A stretch of 64,000 nucleotides of DNA, taken from an uncultured bacterium (GTDB taxonomy: Bacteria; Babelota; Babeliae; Babelales; Vermiphilaceae). The translations under genes were made by a program, and so were the position numbers. Of the stretch, positions 11,171-20,851 are shown one piece after another. The stretch lies in the NCBI GenBank assembly GCA_963701085.1, contig OY969561.1, positions 512,001 to 576,000 on the forward strand, given 5' to 3'. The notes below the pieces were generated by a model. It saw nothing but the letters and a program-made list of their open reading frames with translations. It ran no database searches and was not told where the DNA came from. Numbering within the stretch: the first letter of the stretch is position 1; each line of letters begins with the position of its first letter.

Positions 11171-12104
11171 CAATAAATCCTGTATTTTCGGGTTCTATTA
11201 TTATCATCTCTTTAAGTGTGTCAATATCTTCTTTTTTTGCAATCGATACCACCGTTTTTTCAGGGTACTGATTTTTAATCATATCATAAAGATCACCCGC
11301 CGGGGTTGCAATAATAATGCAATCATAATCAGTCAACAATCTCATCACGCGGGACCACTCGAGCGGTGAATTAATATGACGAATAAAGCGTTCTTTGGTA
11401 TCAGGCCCCATAGTTACCACATCGCCATCAATGCAACTGAGCAACGGAATTTTTAAATCTTTAAAATCAACTTTTTCAAGAAAAGGTTTAAATGCATCTA
11501 CAACACCATCCATTAACGATGAATGCATACCAACTTCTGGACCTCTATAATTTATAGTTGCTGAATCAGCAAACATATCCTGGATCTGTGAAAGTTGATC
11601 ACGGTTTCCCGCAACAACATGATCTGTTGGGCCGTTATAAATCGCTACAAAAACATTTCCAACTTGCAAGCATGCTTTTTCAAGCTGCGTGGTAGCGATG
11701 CCAATTATATGCATACTATCAACATCTGTTGTATCAATAAATTCTTGATAAAATGAACAGAATTTATTCAATAAATAAAGTCCATCAGGAAAACTGAAGC
11801 ATCCTGCCGCAAACAATGCTGCGGATTCGCCATTATTATATCCAGCAACAATATCCGGTTGAATACCATGCTCTTTGAGCACTGCATACACTGATGCACC
11901 AATTAAAAAAAGTGATGAATACGCATTGACCAATTTACTTAGTTCAACATCTGATGATGCAAAACATAATTTAACAAAATTATTATTCAGCACATGTGAC
12001 GCTTCTTCAAAATATTCTTGAACAATACGATATTCATCATATAATTCTTTGCCCATGCCAACAAATTGGCTGTCATAACCAGGAAACAGTAATGCTATTT
12101 TCAT
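11160..12104 (-). CDS. fabD: Malonyl-CoA:ACP transacylase-like protein with a degenerate active site
   Basis: FPG.DSQFVGMG N-terminus and HSSLM, adjacent to acpP. The GHSxG motif reads GYNNG. Confidence 0.85.
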   Translation of the reverse strand: MKIALLFPGYDSQFVGMGKELYDEYRIVQEYFEEASHVLNNNFVKLCFASSDVELSKLVNAYSSLFLIGASVYAVLKEHGIQPDIVAGYNNGESAALFAAGCFSFPDGLYLLNKFCSFYQEFIDTTDVDSMHIIGIATTQLEKACLQVGNVFVAIYNGPTDHVVAGNRDQLSQIQDMFADSATINYRGPEVGMHSSLMDGVVDAFKPFLEKVDFKDLKIPLLSCIDGDVVTMGPDTKERFIRHINSPLEWSRVMRLLTDYDCIIIATPAGDLYDMIKNQYPEKTVVSIAKKEDIDTLKEMIIIEPENTGFIDGN

Positions 12105-12145
12105 GCTCAAGCCTCTCATAGTTACCCTCTTGTATTTTTCCCTCT

Positions 12146-12219
12146 GCGCTCGTCCTGAACCTGTTGAAGGATTTCTTCGAGCGCTCGAGGATATTCTTCA
12201 ACAAGTTCAGAACGAGCGC
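12146..12219. repeat. Type B palindromic repeat, 74-nt near-perfect hairpin
   Basis: gcgctcgtcctgaacctgttgaagg...tcgagcgctcga...cttcaacaagttcagaacgagcgc. Confidence 0.9.
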
Positions 12220-12259
12220 GAAAGAATTTCAAGATAGGACAATCTTAATGATCTATCTA

Positions 12260-13678
12260 TTATAGACTAGCACGTAACGCCTTAAGACGAGCAATAGTTT
12301 CTGTTTTTCCGAGAATAACCAACAAATCAAAAACGCCAGGACCTGATGCTTTTCCTAATAATGCAAGACGAATCGGTTGTAATAAAGTTACTAATTTAAT
12401 ACCAAGCGTGGCTGCTAATTCTTTTGCAACTGCAGCACAATCATCATGCGTGAACAGCTCTTGTTTTTCCAAAACCGCAATAATCGCATCAAGATGATGC
12501 GAAGTATCAAGAGTTATCCATTTTTCCATATCTGCCGCATCACGTTCAGACGTACCATCATGTACAAGCAGCGCTTCTTGAACTAATGCTTTTAATGTTT
12601 TAACGCGCTCTTTATACAACGCAATAACACGTTTAACCGTCTCAACATTCCACGTAAATCGCGTTAAAAAATGAGTATCAATATCACGTATAATTGCATC
12701 AAGAATTTCTTCTTCCGTCATCGATTTCAGATACACAGAATTGACCCATGCAAGTTTTTCAAAATCAAAAATTGCACCGGTTCTGCCAATATGTTCCAAA
12801 GAAAAATGTTCAATCAGTTCTGATAATGAAAAAATTTCCTGATCACCATGTGACCATCCAAGACGTGCTAAATAATTTAATAATGCATGCGGAATATAAC
12901 CATCACGACGATATTCAACAACAGATGTTGCGCCATCACGTTTACTTAATTTATCACCGCTTGGGCCTAAAATAAGTGGCAAATGCCCAAAACGTGGAAC
13001 GGTATACCCACACGCTTCATTAAGCAAAATTTGTTTTGGTGTATTAACAATGTGTTCTTCTCCGCGAATGATATGCGTAATGCGCATAAACGCATCATCA
13101 ACAACTACTACAAAGTTATACATTGGAAAACTACCAGAACGGAGAATAATAAAATCATCCATTTGCTCAAGACTGATGGTAATGGTTCCTTTAATCAAAT
13201 CATCCCAAGAAACTTCCGCGCGATCTGCAGGAAGTTTAAAACGAACAACATGCTGCTTGGCTTCATCACCTTTTTCAGCAACACGATTTCTGCAATGACC
13301 ATCATACATAACAAAAAAATCACCACCTGTTTCGCGCTGATAGCGCGCTGCAAGATCTTCTGGCGAACAAAAACAGCGATACGCTTTGCCTGCATCAATC
13401 AGTTGCTGTGCAACATGTCGGTGCTCTTTTATGCGTTCGCTTTGTGTGACAATCTCTTCATCATGCTCTAATTGTGTCCATGCAAATGAATGCAAAATTG
13501 AATCACGATATTCCTGTGTTGAACGTTCAACATCAGTATCTTCTATCCGAAGTAAAAACGCGCCACCATGATGACGCGCAAAAAGCCAATTAAATAATGC
13601 TGTTCGCAAACCACCAATATGCAAGTGCCCTGTTGGTGATGGTGCAAAGCGAACACGCACCGTGTTTTTAATACTCAT
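12260..13678 (-). CDS. gltX: Glutamate--tRNA ligase
   Basis: VRVRFAPSPTG.LHIGG and KLSKR motifs. Confidence 0.97.
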   Translation of the reverse strand: MSIKNTVRVRFAPSPTGHLHIGGLRTALFNWLFARHHGGAFLLRIEDTDVERSTQEYRDSILHSFAWTQLEHDEEIVTQSERIKEHRHVAQQLIDAGKAYRCFCSPEDLAARYQRETGGDFFVMYDGHCRNRVAEKGDEAKQHVVRFKLPADRAEVSWDDLIKGTITISLEQMDDFIILRSGSFPMYNFVVVVDDAFMRITHIIRGEEHIVNTPKQILLNEACGYTVPRFGHLPLILGPSGDKLSKRDGATSVVEYRRDGYIPHALLNYLARLGWSHGDQEIFSLSELIEHFSLEHIGRTGAIFDFEKLAWVNSVYLKSMTEEEILDAIIRDIDTHFLTRFTWNVETVKRVIALYKERVKTLKALVQEALLVHDGTSERDAADMEKWITLDTSHHLDAIIAVLEKQELFTHDDCAAVAKELAATLGIKLVTLLQPIRLALLGKASGPGVFDLLVILGKTETIARLKALRASL

Positions 13679-13684
13679 ATATCC

Positions 13685-13724
13685 CCGCTTGCCCTGAGTG
13701 CCCCGTTAGGGGTGTATCGAAGGG
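13685..13724. repeat. Type A palindromic repeat arm
   Basis: ccgcttgccctgagtg-[ccccgttagggg]-tgtatcgaaggg; abuts the stop codon at 13725. Confidence 0.9.
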
Positions 13725-14405
13725 TCAAACTATCATTAACCCTAGTTGTTCTTGTACTTGATTTACCCATGGAGATGGCGCCATTTTTTCATCGCGTTGT
13801 TCATTAACAAGTTGTTGCCAAACCGCGCGCGCATCATCAATCTGATTTTGTGCCCAATAATAACGCCCTAAATAATATTGCGCGCTATCACGGAACATAT
13901 TATCTTTATTTTGTGCCAACATTTTTAATGCATCTAAACCAATAGAATTCATTGCATCATCAGTAGAATCCAATTGTATCAACGCACGTTCCATTTCATA
14001 CAATGCAATCATAGGCGATCCTGGCATATCAGCGATCATTCTATCAAGTACCGCAAGCGCCTCATCTCTTTTATCTTGCGCAAGCAAAATTTGTACTTTA
14101 TAACCCAAATAATATGGCAACAATGATGAATGAGAATGCTTTTTATAATTGGTTTCAAATTTTTCAAGTAGCGCAGACCATTGTGGATCTTTTTCACGCG
14201 ACATGTTTTCATACTCTGCCATTAACGCACTAAAATCATACTGTGCTGATTGCTCTCTATTTGCCACCCACAATCTGTGAGCAAAAAAGAAAACAATTAA
14301 CAGCACCAAAAAAGCAAGAACCTTATTAATATTCTTGCCGTTTGTAAAAATAAAATCGGAAATAGTTTTTAACACTGATGAACGTGTTGTATTTTGAATA
14401 GCCAT
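13725..14405 (-). CDS. Membrane-anchored TPR-like protein (YfgM-like)
   Basis: Single N-terminal TM helix followed by helical TPR-like repeats (AQYYLGRYY, ARAVWQQL). Confidence 0.6.
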   Translation of the reverse strand: MAIQNTTRSSVLKTISDFIFTNGKNINKVLAFLVLLIVFFFAHRLWVANREQSAQYDFSALMAEYENMSREKDPQWSALLEKFETNYKKHSHSSLLPYYLGYKVQILLAQDKRDEALAVLDRMIADMPGSPMIALYEMERALIQLDSTDDAMNSIGLDALKMLAQNKDNMFRDSAQYYLGRYYWAQNQIDDARAVWQQLVNEQRDEKMAPSPWVNQVQEQLGLMIV

Positions 14406-14450
14406 AGTACATAACTCCACAAAGAACTGTTGTTAAACATATAATAAGCC

Positions 14451-14732
14451 CGCCTTCGCTATCCTTCGATACATCCTCCTTCGCATAAAGCTTCGGAGGA
14501 CACTCAGGACGAGCGGCGGAGAACAAACAGCAACGTATCATACTTAAAGAAAAAAATAAACCCTTCGATACATTCTTCTTCGCTATCCTTCGACAAGCTC
14601 AGGACGAGCGGCGAAGAACACTCAGGGCGAGCGGAGAAAACAAATTCAATTCAGGATAAAATTTTTCATTCACAATCATATCTCTCCCCCGCTCATCCTG
14701 AGTGTTTTTGTCCTCAAAAATGTATCGAAGGA
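14451..14732. repeat. Cluster of three type A repeat arms with nested modules
   Basis: ccttcgatac...cactcagg.cgagcgg at 14463 and 14562; inverse arm at 14689-14732; nested cttcgacaagctcagg and cctccttcgc..aaagcttcggagg. Confidence 0.9.
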
Positions 14733-15788
14733 TTAAAGCTGAGCTTGCTGTGTAATTGATGTTTGTTTAACCACGTTAACTGTTGCTTTACCCTTTTCCA
14801 ACAACACTTTTAACGTTTCATTAAACGTAGGCACAACTTTTTGATCTACTGTTTCTTGCGCAAATAAAATCGCCTGCATAATAGCCTGTTCTTTGGAAGA
14901 ACCATGCGCAATCACCACCGGCTTATTAACACCTAATAAAAGTGCGCCACCAGTACGTGCATAATCAATTTTATTTTTGATACGACGTAATAATGGATAC
15001 GCAGCAGCAAGTAATATTTTCAGAAACAAAGAACGCGACGCTTCTTCTTTCATCCAATCCATAACCGCTTTTGCAGTGCCTTGAATACCTTTGAGTAACA
15101 CGTTTCCGGTAAACCCATCAGTCACCACCACATCAGCACGGCCAGAAAAAATATCACGCGATTCAATATTACCGATAAATTCAAGATCAGTTTGCGCAAT
15201 CAAATCAAAAGCGCTTTTCACCAGCTGTGAACCCTTATACGATTCATGCCCATTAGAAAGCAATGCAATACGCGGCTGCGCAATATGTTTTATAAGACGA
15301 ACATATGCATACCCCATATACGCAAATTGGACCAGATATTCTGGCTTACAATCAGGATTTGCTCCTAAATCAAGACAAAATAGTGATCCATGTGTTGTTG
15401 GTAAAAAACTACCAATTGCGGGACGAATAACCCCCGGCACACGACCAACAATAACCGTTGCCGCTGCCATGACTGCACCTGAATTACCCGCAGAAACAAA
15501 CGCGTGGGCTTTGCCAGCGTTTACCGCTTGTAATGCACGAACAATAGAGGAATCTTTTTTGCGTAACATGCCACGGATTGGATCTTCATCCATTTCAATG
15601 ACATCAGAACAGTGAACAAGTTCGATTGGAAGGGATCGCCACCGAGGATAGTAATGCGCCAATAATGGCATTACTTTATCCTGGTTGCCAAATAAAATAA
15701 GGGGAATTCCTTTTTTTGCTGCAGCCAATGCGCCTTGAACAGCTTCTTGCGGGGCATAATCGCCCCCCATTACATCAACCGCAATCAT
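14733..15788 (-). CDS. plsX: Phosphate acyltransferase PlsX
   Basis: IAVDVMGGDYAP, SAGNSGA, DVVVTDGFTGN, GGALLLG, HGSS. Confidence 0.97.
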   Translation of the reverse strand: MIAVDVMGGDYAPQEAVQGALAAAKKGIPLILFGNQDKVMPLLAHYYPRWRSLPIELVHCSDVIEMDEDPIRGMLRKKDSSIVRALQAVNAGKAHAFVSAGNSGAVMAAATVIVGRVPGVIRPAIGSFLPTTHGSLFCLDLGANPDCKPEYLVQFAYMGYAYVRLIKHIAQPRIALLSNGHESYKGSQLVKSAFDLIAQTDLEFIGNIESRDIFSGRADVVVTDGFTGNVLLKGIQGTAKAVMDWMKEEASRSLFLKILLAAAYPLLRRIKNKIDYARTGGALLLGVNKPVVIAHGSSKEQAIMQAILFAQETVDQKVVPTFNETLKVLLEKGKATVNVVKQTSITQQAQL

Positions 15789-15800
15789 CAGAATTTCCCC

Positions 15801-15826
15801 CCGCTCGTACTGAGCTTGTCGAAGTA
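15801..15826. repeat. Short repeat arm (ccgctcgtactgagcttgtcgaag)
   Basis: Same core as the 14587 and 52215 modules. Confidence 0.75.
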
Positions 15827-15840
15827 TAATAACTCATTAA

Positions 15841-16098
15841 TTACTCAGCCTGTGACTCAGCAGACGCTTTTTTTGCTGGTGTTTTAACCGCTTTCACCGC
15901 AAGGCGTGTAATTTTTCTATCCGCTTTGGTTACTAACACTTTGACACCTTTGTAAAAACCACAGTTTTGACAAGCGGTGTGAGGCACTATTGGATCTTTG
16001 CAATTAAGGCAACCAGCGATTGCTTTGACCTTAATACCCTTATTTGCAAAGCGCGAATCACGGCGGGCTCTGGAACGTTTCCGTTTTGGTACTGGCAT
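15841..16098 (-). CDS. rpmF: 50S ribosomal protein L32
   Basis: MPVPKRKRSRARRD, CxxC...HTACxxCGFYKG; upstream of plsX. Confidence 0.95.
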   Translation of the reverse strand: MPVPKRKRSRARRDSRFANKGIKVKAIAGCLNCKDPIVPHTACQNCGFYKGVKVLVTKADRKITRLAVKAVKTPAKKASAESQAE

Positions 16099-16206
16099 GA
16101 CATCATCCTAAAAAACTAAGAAAGTGTAAAAATTATTGTTTATAATCAATATAAGAAATATTCATTATTATACGGCATTTCTTTTAATAACGCAAAATCA
16201 AATAAA

Positions 16207-17184
16207 TTAAGCCTTTTTTTCATTACTATGCTCCGCATCCCACTTGGCGATATAACTTTCCACCATTTCTCTACGATCAACAGGAGCAGGATGTATAGGA
16301 TCTTTACGAGCTTCTAACAAACGCACTTCTAACCTATTCTTCGTTGCCCAATCAGGGTTTTCACGTTTGTTAAAAAAATTTGCAAATGCCTCAAGTTCTT
16401 CTCTTGTCTCAGCGTTTTCACAGGCAAATTTATCAGCAGCTGTTTCTTCATATCTTTTGTAAAAACTCATACCCAAGAGACTAAACATTAATTTTGGCAC
16501 TACACTTCCAACAGCTACCGATGATCGAAAAGCTGTTTTTAAAAACGTCTTTGGCGCTTCAATACCATACCTTTTATTAAATGCATGCGTTACCCCCGAG
16601 CACACAGTTTCAACTGTAACAGGAATCAATCCTAGTGCACACATAATTTTTTTTGTGTCATCCTTAATAATATGCTTCAATTCGTGTTTCAGAATCGCTG
16701 CATTCTCGTCAATGATTTCATTAGGATTATGAGTTTCATCTTGCAATACTCTATTTAATTCTTCAGCTCTCTCAGTACCAATGAATAAAATCTTACGCCC
16801 TAGAGCAGCTGCAGGAAACTTACCATCAACCAAAATTATGGGCAATGTCTGCAAAGATGAGCCGCCAATTTTTTCCATTTTTTTTCTCATCCATTTTTCA
16901 ACTTCAACTGGTACTGGTTTATCAGAAACTTGAATACCTCCAAACAACCTTCGAGGCGCATTGTTTATCACTGATTCAAGATTATTCACTGATACATCAA
17001 TATCCTGGCAAACCTTCTCATAATCTTTGTTCTGCTTATATGCAAACGCCCCACCCACAACAGTAACTGTTACCTTTCCTATTGTTTTTGCCCCACGAAA
17101 AATCCACCTGTACATAGAAAAAGATGAGTTACACATCATCAAAAACATGACTAAAACGCTATAAATTAGATATTTCTTATTCAT
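16207..17184 (-). CDS. Secreted or membrane M48-like zinc metallopeptidase
   Basis: Signal peptide, HELKH (HExxH), E..ADKFA and a C-terminal HP motif. Confidence 0.7.
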   Translation of the reverse strand: MNKKYLIYSVLVMFLMMCNSSFSMYRWIFRGAKTIGKVTVTVVGGAFAYKQNKDYEKVCQDIDVSVNNLESVINNAPRRLFGGIQVSDKPVPVEVEKWMRKKMEKIGGSSLQTLPIILVDGKFPAAALGRKILFIGTERAEELNRVLQDETHNPNEIIDENAAILKHELKHIIKDDTKKIMCALGLIPVTVETVCSGVTHAFNKRYGIEAPKTFLKTAFRSSVAVGSVVPKLMFSLLGMSFYKRYEETAADKFACENAETREELEAFANFFNKRENPDWATKNRLEVRLLEARKDPIHPAPVDRREMVESYIAKWDAEHSNEKKA

Positions 17185-17273
17185 AAACTGCCCCCATTGC
17201 TAATTTCATTCATATATAACAATATAGTATTAATACTATAAATTTTAATAAAATTGTCAATCTGAAATGCTAA

Positions 17274-17399
17274 TTATGGGGCTATTTTGACCTTGCGGGG
17301 TGCATAAATAAGCGCCCCAATAAAAAATACCCCTGTCATGGAGGCGATTGAGCCGGCAATGGAAACATCTGCGTATGAAGCTGCTATATAGCCAAAAAT
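17274..17399 (-). pseudogene. Displaced duplicate 3' end of the troD-like permease
   Basis: 17311..17399 matches 18358..18446 and encodes the identical peptide IFGYIAASYADVSIAGSIASMTGVFFIGAL. Confidence 0.9.
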
Positions 17400-17421
17400 A
17401 ATGAAAAAAGAGCTGTTTACG

Positions 17422-18309
17422 CTATTCAAGCTGTTTTTTGCGTTTATCAATACATTCCTGCACCAAAACAGCCTGACGCCTATACCGAGGATGCTCATCA
17501 TCATGCAAAAAATTGGCTACAGCAAACAAAATGTCCTTTTGCCATTGGCTACCATTTTTTTGGTTAAGATGATGTAACCGTTTCGATATACATAGCCCCA
17601 GACCTTTTCTCATCCAAGTTTTTTGGTTTAAAAAAGGCTCATGTAATGTGTGTTCTTCAAAAAGCTCAGCCCATCCCAATCGCCGATCCCTGCAAACTTC
17701 AAGATCTTCTACTGAAACATTCATAAATGCAAAACGGTCTGCTTCTCTTTCTTGATGTCTGATATACGTAATATTGGCACCCACAACCATTGCTGCTTTT
17801 ACGATAAATTTCGGCACACTCGCATGCGGCAAAAACAATAAACCACTTGTCAAACCTCGAACCAAACAACGCTTATCAAGATCATTATTATGATAATGTT
17901 TTGCTTCATGAAATAACATTTCTTGTGCAATAATTGCTTTTTTACGGATTACCTCATCTGTTTCTTGCTGGTCAAAATAATCTTCTAATCCGCAAATATC
18001 CTCTTTGTTCAATCCTATATAGGAATACCAAGTAACCCATCTGTTATCTATCTTGAGAGGAACCAGATTAGCATTCTTAATTCCTTTTTCAGCAAGATTT
18101 TTTCTTGCCCATTTTTCAATATTACAAGGCACATTTTCCAATCTACTTTCTTCATATTTTGCAAGTTCTTTATCCAACACATAATAACCACCACCAACTA
18201 ATGCTGAACCGGCTATATATCGAGCTAGATTAGCCCCCATAGAAAAAGACACATTATTAATCGTCAAAAACATCGCTAAGACACCATAAGCAACATATTT
18301 TTTATTCAT
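17422..18309 (-). CDS. Secreted or membrane M48-like metallopeptidase, paralog of 16207..17184
   Basis: MNKKY...SFSM leader, HEAKH, EREADRFA, HP. Confidence 0.7.
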   Translation of the reverse strand: MNKKYVAYGVLAMFLTINNVSFSMGANLARYIAGSALVGGGYYVLDKELAKYEESRLENVPCNIEKWARKNLAEKGIKNANLVPLKIDNRWVTWYSYIGLNKEDICGLEDYFDQQETDEVIRKKAIIAQEMLFHEAKHYHNNDLDKRCLVRGLTSGLLFLPHASVPKFIVKAAMVVGANITYIRHQEREADRFAFMNVSVEDLEVCRDRRLGWAELFEEHTLHEPFLNQKTWMRKGLGLCISKRLHHLNQKNGSQWQKDILFAVANFLHDDEHPRYRRQAVLVQECIDKRKKQLE

Positions 18310-18320
18310 CAACAAACTCT

Positions 18321-19181
18321 TTATATATAATGTTTAATTTTTTTACATCCACAAAATAGCGCTCCAATAAAGAAAACCCCTGTCATAGAGGCAATAGAAC
18401 CTGCAATGGAAACATCCGCATATGAAGCTGCTATATAGCCAAAAATGGCGGAAAGGGCTGCTAAAACTACACTCACGGCAATAAGATCATTAACCCGATG
18501 GGTTAGTAAATATGCCGTTGCGGGAGGCGTAATCATAAGCGCTACCACCATAATGGAGCCGACTGCATCAAACGTAGCAACGGTGGTGATACTCGCCACA
18601 ATCATCAAAGCATAATAAAACAGTGCTGGCGGAAAGTCTGACATTGTCGCGAGCGTTGCATCAAACGTCGTAATCAGCAGTTCTTTATAAAATAGGGCAA
18701 TAAAGAGGACATTAATGAGCAAAGCAACACCCATAATCCATAATGCATACGGGCCGCAATCAATGCCATTCAACGTAAAACGATTGAATGGCGCAAATGC
18801 CAGCTCGCCCAAGAGCACCATATCTGTATCAAGGTGCACGTTACGTGCAAACTGAGAAACTAAAATAACGCCAACGGAAAAAAAAAGAGGAAATACTAAA
18901 CCAATTGCCGCATCTTGTTTAAGACGTTTACTTTTAATAATCATTTCCGTGCACAGCACCGTCAGCACGCCACTCACTGATGCACCAATAATAAGTAATG
19001 GTGATGTTAATTGTTGAATATATAAAAACATCACTACAATGCCCAATAATATTGCATGGCTGATTGCATCACTCATCATTGCCACTCCGCGCAGCACCAA
19101 AAACACACCAGGCAGACAACACGTAACGCTCGCCAATAGTGCAATAACAACAATTTCTATGTGCAGCATATTCACCATCAT
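18321..19181 (-). CDS. troD: Mn/Zn/Fe ABC transporter permease (TroD-like)
   Basis: DAISHAILLG, HLDTDMVLLGE, multiple TM helices. Confidence 0.88.
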   Translation of the reverse strand: MMVNMLHIEIVVIALLASVTCCLPGVFLVLRGVAMMSDAISHAILLGIVVMFLYIQQLTSPLLIIGASVSGVLTVLCTEMIIKSKRLKQDAAIGLVFPLFFSVGVILVSQFARNVHLDTDMVLLGELAFAPFNRFTLNGIDCGPYALWIMGVALLINVLFIALFYKELLITTFDATLATMSDFPPALFYYALMIVASITTVATFDAVGSIMVVALMITPPATAYLLTHRVNDLIAVSVVLAALSAIFGYIAASYADVSIAGSIASMTGVFFIGALFCGCKKIKHYI

Positions 19182-20020
19182 GCAACACCCCTTTTTGGCG
19201 CACATAATAAAGAAAAAAGTACAATGCAACTTGCCGCAACCACAATCGCCGGGCCTGTTGGCACATGATCAATACAACTACTTGCATACACACCAGCAAT
19301 TGCTGCACAACCACCAAAGACCGCTGCAAGAAGTACCATGTGCACCAATCGCACCGTCCATTGCCGCGCCGCTGCTGCAGGGGCAATAAGCATAGTACTC
19401 ATCAACACAACGCCAACTGTTTGCAAACCAATAACAATGGCAAGCACAAGTAATATGGTTAACACTGTTTCTATAATTATCGGCTTAAACCCCAAAGAAT
19501 GAGCAAAAACAGGATCAAAAACGTACACTGAGCATTCTTTCCAACACACCATTAAACTCATCACAATAAAAAAAGATAGTAATGCGATCGCGCTAATATC
19601 TTGCTGAAGTAACGTTGACACATTACCGAAAAGAAACTTATTTAAAACTGCTTGATTACTCGTTGGTATTTTTTGTGCAACTGTCATCAAAACAAGACCA
19701 AAACCAAAAAAAACTGATAAAACAATTCCCAAAATGGTATCTTTTTTTAATTTTGTACGCGCACACACATAATTCATACCCACTACGCCAACAATGCCAG
19801 CAAGTGCTCCTCCTGTTAATAATACCCATGGATTTTTACTATGCGTGCACAAAAACATCAGTACAATACCGGGCAACGCTGCATGTGATATTGCATCGCC
19901 CAACAAACTTTGTTGCCGCAACAATGCAAAACATCCCAGTGCTCCTGCGGTAATTCCCAACAACGCAGCTCCTTGCATCACCAACAACAATGTATAATCT
20001 AGCAAAAAAGATGATGTCAT
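19178..20020 (-). CDS. troC: Mn/Zn/Fe ABC transporter permease (TroC-like)
   Basis: SLLGDAISHAALPG, FLFGN, PAAAARQW, PTGP. Confidence 0.88.
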   Translation of the reverse strand: MTSSFLLDYTLLLVMQGAALLGITAGALGCFALLRQQSLLGDAISHAALPGIVLMFLCTHSKNPWVLLTGGALAGIVGVVGMNYVCARTKLKKDTILGIVLSVFFGFGLVLMTVAQKIPTSNQAVLNKFLFGNVSTLLQQDISAIALLSFFIVMSLMVCWKECSVYVFDPVFAHSLGFKPIIIETVLTILLVLAIVIGLQTVGVVLMSTMLIAPAAAARQWTVRLVHMVLLAAVFGGCAAIAGVYASSCIDHVPTGPAIVVAASCIVLFSLLCAPKRGVA

Positions 20021-20790
20021 ACGACATCACTTTTTTGTTGTATTGTATTCCATGTCTGAGTCATAAAACTGGTGCCATAGGCACCATTAAGATTTGCTGA
20101 AGTTAAAACATTTTCCACCGGGCCACACGCAATGCACGTTTTATTCAGAAGCATCACCCAGTCGAAATAAGTTGATGCCGTAAAAAGATCGTGATGAACA
20201 ACAATAATCGTCTTGCCTTCATCACGTAATTTTTTAAAAAGCGTTATAATAATTTTTTCAGAAGTAATATCAACACCCGCAAACGGTTCATCTAAAAAAT
20301 AAATCTGCGCATTTTGCATTAATGCACGCGCTAAAAATGCACGTTGCTGTTGACCACCTGAGAGCACACCAATTGATTTATCTGCATACATTTCTAAGCC
20401 AACTGCTGCTAACACTTCATACACGTGCGCGCGCTCAGATGCACCAGGCCTTCTAAACCATCCAAGTTTTCCATAACAACCCATAAGCACCATATCAAAC
20501 ACCGTAATCGGAAAATCCCAATCAACAGAACTGCGTTGTGGGATGTATGCTATACGCTTACGCGCGTCTTTAACGAAACTACCTAAAATTGTAACATCAC
20601 CTGCAGCAACCGGGATTAAACCAAGTATTGCCTTGATAAACGTTGTTTTACCCGCACCGTTTGGGCCAATAATGCCAAGCATTACCTGCTGCGGCACCGT
20701 TACTGAAAAATCTGATAAAATAAGATTGTTATTATATTCAACAGTAAGATGAGAAACATCTAACGCTGGTATTTTTGATATATTATTCAT
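20017..20790 (-). CDS. troB: Mn/Zn ABC transporter ATP-binding protein
   Basis: GPNGAGKT, LSGGQQQR, LDEPF, VHHD. Confidence 0.92.
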   Translation of the reverse strand: MNNISKIPALDVSHLTVEYNNNLILSDFSVTVPQQVMLGIIGPNGAGKTTFIKAILGLIPVAAGDVTILGSFVKDARKRIAYIPQRSSVDWDFPITVFDMVLMGCYGKLGWFRRPGASERAHVYEVLAAVGLEMYADKSIGVLSGGQQQRAFLARALMQNAQIYFLDEPFAGVDITSEKIIITLFKKLRDEGKTIIVVHHDLFTASTYFDWVMLLNKTCIACGPVENVLTSANLNGAYGTSFMTQTWNTIQQKSDVV

Positions 20791-20851
20791 TGCATTAAGT
20801 ATAAAAAAATAGTAGATATAACACAAAAGAATTCTTTAACAAAGGTTATAC

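Noticed and set aside
14451-14732. Repeat clusters (also 23827-24013 and 38350-38475) as CRISPR arrays
   Set aside because: Units occur in both orientations, vary internally and lack regular unique spacers. No cas genes are present.
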